Shown: positions 59,634-64,000 of the stretch, piece by piece
How positions within the stretch are numbered: position 1 is the stretch's first letter
How the letters are laid out: each line of letters starts with the position of its first letter
Source of the DNA: Candidatus Latescibacterota bacterium
GTDB lineage: Bacteria; Latescibacterota; UBA2968
DNA: 64,000 nt
NCBI GenBank assembly: GCA_965222605.1
Contig: OZ244960.1
Coordinates: forward strand, 4,160,001-4,224,000
Reading direction: 5' to 3'
Notes under the pieces: model-generated
Databases searched by the model: none
Told to the model about the DNA's origin: nothing
Seen by the model: the letters and a program-made list of their open reading frames with translations, nothing else
Program-made: the position numbers and the translations under genes

Positions 59634-59672
59634 AAAAAAGTGCCCTGGCATAGTTGATGCCGGGGCACTTTT
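59634..59672. terminator. bidirectional intrinsic terminator
   Basis: AAAAAAGTGCCCTGGCAT-agttg-ATGCCGGGGCACTTTT between convergent genes. Confidence 0.75.
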
Positions 59673-59744
59673 ATTAAATTGGGTCAGATTGCGTATCGAA
59701 TGTTCCGCAGTGTCGCTTCTCTCGTCCCGCATTGGGAGATCGCG

Positions 59745-60014
59745 TCACTCATCTAACATATCCCGAAATGCCTCCAGACTGGACACCTGGACCGCCGCAC
59801 GGTGCAACTGCTTGAGATGTTGCAAATCTTCGATAGCCGCAATGCGAGCAGATAGGGGGTCTGATTCATCCAGATCAAATCGAATCTCCAACACGTCGAG
59901 GAGACCTGCGAGCGTGCTTCGTCTTTCCCCTTGTTTAATCCATTGTTCTTTGTTTTCCTCAATCTCTTGCTCAATGAGGTATTGGGCAAAAGATGATTCG
60001 CGGATGAGATCCAT
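59745..60014 (-). CDS. putative internally initiated small C-terminal protein (RpnS-like), 89 aa
   Basis: AAGGAGG-GGTTG-ATG inside the Rpn frame, giving MDLIRESSFAQYL... Confidence 0.5.
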   Translation of the reverse strand: MDLIRESSFAQYLIEQEIEENKEQWIKQGERRSTLAGLLDVLEIRFDLDESDPLSARIAAIEDLQHLKQLHRAAVQVSSLEAFRDMLDE

Positions 60015-60677
60015 CAACCCCTCCTTTGAAATAAGGTCAGCAATCATTTCTCGATCATGCACCAACCCGCCCAAAACCGACAGACCGGCAAGAAAATCGC
60101 CCTTGGCAGACTCATCCAGCGGCAGGTCTGTCGCCCTGTCAACACACGCACCAAACCACGCCTCAGAACCCATCCCTTCAGGCGGCTTCATCAATGATGC
60201 AAATGGTATCAAGCCCGAATGGCCCGTATCAAGGACGCGCTGCCCTTCTACCTCAGTCAGCCTGATCACCTTGTACTGGATAACGATCTGGCAGCCAAAG
60301 CGCGCTTGAATGTAGTGCCCTGGATCGTTCTGCCCCGCATCGGGACGCAAGTAAATGACAGTGGAATGGATGGGCAGATCATAATGCTCAATGGCGCGAC
60401 CAATATAGCCGGCCATGCGGCGCGGCATAGGTGGGTTGGTGCTGTCGGTGGTTTGAAATTACTTCGTTGTAGGCTACGCCTGTGCATAGTGTAGCAACAC
60501 TTTTTCTTTCGCGATCCGCGCACTGATCAAGCTGTCCGTTCGGTGTGTCTCGATGGTGGGTTGCTCTGTGTCGAGAATATCGAGAAATTCGACATCGTCC
60601 CGTTCAAGGGTGAAGCGTATGAAATCATGTGGATAGGTTTGGATGAGATGCTTGGAAAAGGTATCGTATTTTCCCAT
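59745..60677 (-). pseudogene. Rpn/YhgA-like PD-(D/E)XK nuclease gene interrupted by a 24-bp in-frame insertion with stops
   Basis: MGKYD...HRTDSL...VLLH-[Y A Q A * P T T K *]-FQTTDS...MPRRMAGY; both ORF-track pieces are in the same frame. Confidence 0.8.
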
Positions 60678-60987
60678 GCTGGCGGCCTCGGGGCTGAGGG
60701 TTGGTCTGTTTTAGAATACACGCAACACTCAGACCGCAAGCAAACAGCGAGCCAAAAAACGCCATCATCCGAAAATTGGGCCACATATTGCAGAAAGAGA
60801 AGCCCAAGCACCTCATTATGTCTTCAATATGCTGTATTGTACCCTTGTTCACAACTTGAATTTAAGGATTGCTTTTTGAAACACAGGCGGAGCAGAACAA
60901 TCTCGTGTACATTTTGAGCTATGAATGGGCTGTATAGTGAAAGATATGTACTCCTTGTTCTGTTTGTGACCGCATGCGTGAAAGTCG

Positions 60988-61015
60988 TTGACAAGGCTGG
61001 AGAGCCATCCATAAT
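60988..61015 (+). promoter_or_regulatory. sigma70-like promoter
   Basis: TTGACA-16 nt-CATAAT, about 50 bp upstream of 61065 (which has an AAGGAG RBS). Confidence 0.5.
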
Positions 61016-61064
61016 TTTGATTTGAGAAAATGAATATTACAAACAGTTACCCAAAGGAGACACC

Positions 61065-61994
61065 ATGGAACCCTGGTCCTTTCTTCATATCTGCGATATG
61101 CAACCCGGTTCGCCCCGGTCCTTTCGCTTCAAACAGCGCAGTATGGACAATTGGCAGACGGCGTATCGCCAGATTCAAGGTATTACCGATGTCGATCTTC
61201 TTCTCGTAGGTGGCGATCTCACGCGAGATGGCTCGATCCACGACTTTGAGTTTGAAATTGCCAAACGGGAACTCGATGCCTTACCTTATCCGTATTATGC
61301 GATTCCCGGCAATATGGATACGTCCAACAAGCATACCGATAAAAATGGTGCTACCGGGCGCGAAGATATTCGCCTGAATGTTACTGCCGAGCAATTGGAT
61401 GGGTTTGTATCGTTTTTCGGCGATTTTCCCTGGAGCTTTGTTCACAAGAATGTGCGCTTTAGTGGATTTTATGCGGCTGTAGCAGGTTCGGGATTGTCCT
61501 ATGAGCCGCGCATGTGGCACTGGCTTGAAAACGAATTGCCGTCCCTTCCCCGTGCGGCGTATCACGTTGTGACTATGCATTATACTCTTTTTATGGATAC
61601 GCTCGACGAACCCAAATGGGATATTACAAAAGCGGACGAATATAGGGACTGGTATTTTTCGATTGATCCGCCACACAGACAGCGCATTTTTGAGGCGTTT
61701 AAAAGATCCGATGTGTCCATTGTTCTCAGCGGGCATATTCACTGCCGCCGTCCGCCCCAAATTGTTGAGGGGATTGGCTTTTATCGCTGCGCTGGTATAG
61801 CTATGCCTCAGGCTACCGACCGGTGGGACGATGGCGATCCGACATTGGGGTTTTATCGTTTTGACGTGACAGACGCTGGTATAACCCCTACATTTATTCC
61901 TCTGACCGAGGAATCGCGATCTACCGCTGGTTATGGTCCCGGCGGACATCCCAGACCCGAAGAACGCGACTATTCGCTCGCGTGGGAAAAATGA
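61065..61994 (+). CDS. calcineurin-like metallophosphoesterase
   Basis: FLHICD.Q, GGDLT.DG, PGNMD, MH, SGHIH. Confidence 0.85.
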   Translation: MEPWSFLHICDMQPGSPRSFRFKQRSMDNWQTAYRQIQGITDVDLLLVGGDLTRDGSIHDFEFEIAKRELDALPYPYYAIPGNMDTSNKHTDKNGATGREDIRLNVTAEQLDGFVSFFGDFPWSFVHKNVRFSGFYAAVAGSGLSYEPRMWHWLENELPSLPRAAYHVVTMHYTLFMDTLDEPKWDITKADEYRDWYFSIDPPHRQRIFEAFKRSDVSIVLSGHIHCRRPPQIVEGIGFYRCAGIAMPQATDRWDDGDPTLGFYRFDVTDAGITPTFIPLTEESRSTAGYGPGGHPRPEERDYSLAWEK

Positions 61995-62006
61995 GGAGTG
62001 ATTTTT

Positions 62007-63749
62007 ATGTCCATTTTAAATATTACCTCACCTGCTGCCCCTCCGGAGTGGGCACTTTTACAACGCGAACTCATGCGCGCGCAGGCCACGGCAGGCGAGG
62101 TTTTTTATCACCGCTATTTTGACAGCCGGGGATATCTCAAGTGTATTCCGCGGTGGGGTGGCAACGATGGTCCGGATGATGCGATAGAGAATCTCACGGG
62201 ATATTCGATGGTGCATACGCTGGGTGGGCCAAAACATATTCTCGATCTCTACAAACAGGCGTGGGAAGGGCATATCGAACAGTACTCCGAGGCTAAAACT
62301 CAGGTTGTGCCCATTGGACGCGATGGGATGTATTACAAAGAATTTCCCGCGTGCTTTGACTGGTTCCACCACGGGGAATCGCTTACCATTTTCAATCTTC
62401 AGGGTCTGTCCGATCCGCATGAGGTCACATTTGGTCACCGCGCGCGTCGGTACGCGGGTTTTTATATGGATGAAGATCCCCAGGCGAAGAATTACGATCC
62501 CGACCACAAAATCATCCGCAGCCTCTTTAACGGGAGTCGGGGGCCTTTATTGCGAAAAGCCACGGGGCTGGATTGGGCGGGGGATCCCTTTGAAGTTGAG
62601 GGTCGCTTTCCCGCACCGCGCCACGGTGAGCGCAATTTTGAAGAGATGCTCATGCATTTTGAAGATTATACCGATGTGATTGGCGATCATCCCCTGAATC
62701 TGGCGGCGACTACGCTCGGTCTCAATGCTTTTGCGCTGGCTGGCGAAGAAAAATACCGCTCATGGTTGCTGGAATACGTGGATGCGTGGGCTGATCGCGC
62801 GGCTGAGAATAACGGTATTCTCCCGTCCAATATCGGTCTTGACGGCAGTATTGGCGGTGCGTGTGATGGCAAATGGTATGGCGGTTGTTATGGCTGGGGA
62901 TTTACTGTGGTTGTTCCGCAAACAGGCGCGCTTTCCAACCGCAATTCCATAGCCCGCGGCATAGCGGGTTTTGGCAATGCTCTTCTTCTGACTGGCGATT
63001 CCAAATATCCGATTGTCTGGCGCACCATGCTCAATGCGGTGAACAGCAATAGCAAAGATATTGATGGGCAAATACAATATCCGCATATGCACGGCGATGA
63101 TGGTTGGTATAGCTATAGCCCTCAGCCCTTTGATCAGGGTGCGCTCGATGTTTATTATTGGACAATGGATGAGGCCGATCTTGAGTACATTTCCGCAGAT
63201 CCATGGATAGACTATCTTCGCGGGAATAGTTCCGACTATCCCACACGCACGTTGCGAAATGCTTTGAGCGCGATTCGCGGGAAGATGGAAAATGTGCGCA
63301 ACGATACGTCTTCCACGGATACCCGCTTGTCCGACGATCCATTGCCGTACAATCCCGCAACTACTGTGAACGCGCTTATCCAGCTCCAACTGGGTGGTTT
63401 GGCGCCGCGGCATGGCGAACCTTTGCATTGCCGCGTGCGTTATTTTGATCCCGAAAATCGCCGTCCCGGGTTGCCGTCTGATGTGGCTGCTCTGGTCGAA
63501 ACGCTGACCGCGGATCGTGTCGTGTTATCACTCGTCAATATCAATCAGACCGAATGCCGCGATCTCATTATTCAGGGCGGTGCTTATGCCGAACACCAGA
63601 TTATTGGCACTGAGGTCGATGGCAGTACATCCGATCTCGATGCATCCTGGATGCCGGTTCGCCTTGGTCCTGGATGCGGTACGCGACTTACACTCAAAAC
63701 AGAACGCTATGTCAATCCGCCCACTTTTGCGTTTCCCTGGGAAAGATAA
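62007..63749 (+). CDS. conserved hypothetical protein (possible alpha/alpha-toroid enzyme)
   Basis: Long ORF with host-like codon usage and GAGGAG RBS; 'RWGGNDGPDDAIEN', 'DWFHHGE'; function not recognised. Confidence 0.7.
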   Translation: MSILNITSPAAPPEWALLQRELMRAQATAGEVFYHRYFDSRGYLKCIPRWGGNDGPDDAIENLTGYSMVHTLGGPKHILDLYKQAWEGHIEQYSEAKTQVVPIGRDGMYYKEFPACFDWFHHGESLTIFNLQGLSDPHEVTFGHRARRYAGFYMDEDPQAKNYDPDHKIIRSLFNGSRGPLLRKATGLDWAGDPFEVEGRFPAPRHGERNFEEMLMHFEDYTDVIGDHPLNLAATTLGLNAFALAGEEKYRSWLLEYVDAWADRAAENNGILPSNIGLDGSIGGACDGKWYGGCYGWGFTVVVPQTGALSNRNSIARGIAGFGNALLLTGDSKYPIVWRTMLNAVNSNSKDIDGQIQYPHMHGDDGWYSYSPQPFDQGALDVYYWTMDEADLEYISADPWIDYLRGNSSDYPTRTLRNALSAIRGKMENVRNDTSSTDTRLSDDPLPYNPATTVNALIQLQLGGLAPRHGEPLHCRVRYFDPENRRPGLPSDVAALVETLTADRVVLSLVNINQTECRDLIIQGGAYAEHQIIGTEVDGSTSDLDASWMPVRLGPGCGTRLTLKTERYVNPPTFAFPWER

Positions 63750-63777
63750 ATTCAGAAATCAATAAAAGGAGTATCTC

Positions 63778-64000
63778 ATGTCCAGAATTAATGTCGGTCT
63801 TGCCCGCCGCGAAAATCGCCGCCAGAATGTATTTGGCGCTCTTGATCTCATTCGCGATGACGTGATTCCCAAACTCGCCGAGCAGGTGATGCTCAAGCCC
63901 AATTTTCTGTCGTCTCAAAATCAACTGGCGTCTTCCCATGCCGATGCGATGCGAGGGGCTATTGACTTTCTGCTCACCACGCCCAATCCACCGGATGAGA
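63778..64000 (+). CDS. DUF362-like protein (partial, runs off window)
   Basis: Hand translation MSRINVGLAR...QVMLKPNF...ASSHADA; AAGGAG RBS. Confidence 0.65.
   Translation, partial: MSRINVGLARRENRRQNVFGALDLIRDDVIPKLAEQVMLKPNFLSSQNQLASSHADAMRGAIDFLLTTPNPPDE

Overview
Bacterial chromosomal segment of moderate GC (by eye). Its content (four TPR+GWxTD proteins, CRTAC1/ASPIC-UnbV FG-GAP proteins, a TonB receptor/CTD-protein/PorV-like triad, several PhyH dioxygenases, WD40 and dockerin-like proteins) suggests a non-Bacteroidota FCB-group organism such as Latescibacterota or Gemmatimonadota, possibly host-associated; this is inference. No rRNA, tRNA, CRISPR array, integrase or reverse transcriptase was seen. 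Five signals stand out. (1) A plastic region at 52.3-62 kb stacks accessory genes between diverged duplicates of core-gene 3' ends (831 bp of a PBP1A gene, about 130 bp of a metallophosphoesterase gene). It carries a dockerin-like surface protein ending in an FGE/CLec domain with the codon signature of a diversity-generating retroelement (DGR) variable region, but no template repeat (TR) or reverse transcriptase (RT) is nearby. (2) An AT-rich chlD-like chelatase gene has an A11 run at the end of its AAA+ domain, where a slip in either direction gives a ChlI-sized protein. (3) An Rpn-family nuclease gene is broken by a 24-bp in-frame insert but keeps an internal RBS+ATG for a small C-terminal protein. 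(4) One PhyH enzyme has a halogenase-type HxG motif. (5) A UbiA/desaturase/CruF-like operon may tailor an isoprenoid lipid. All family calls come from motif recognition by eye, with no database searches.
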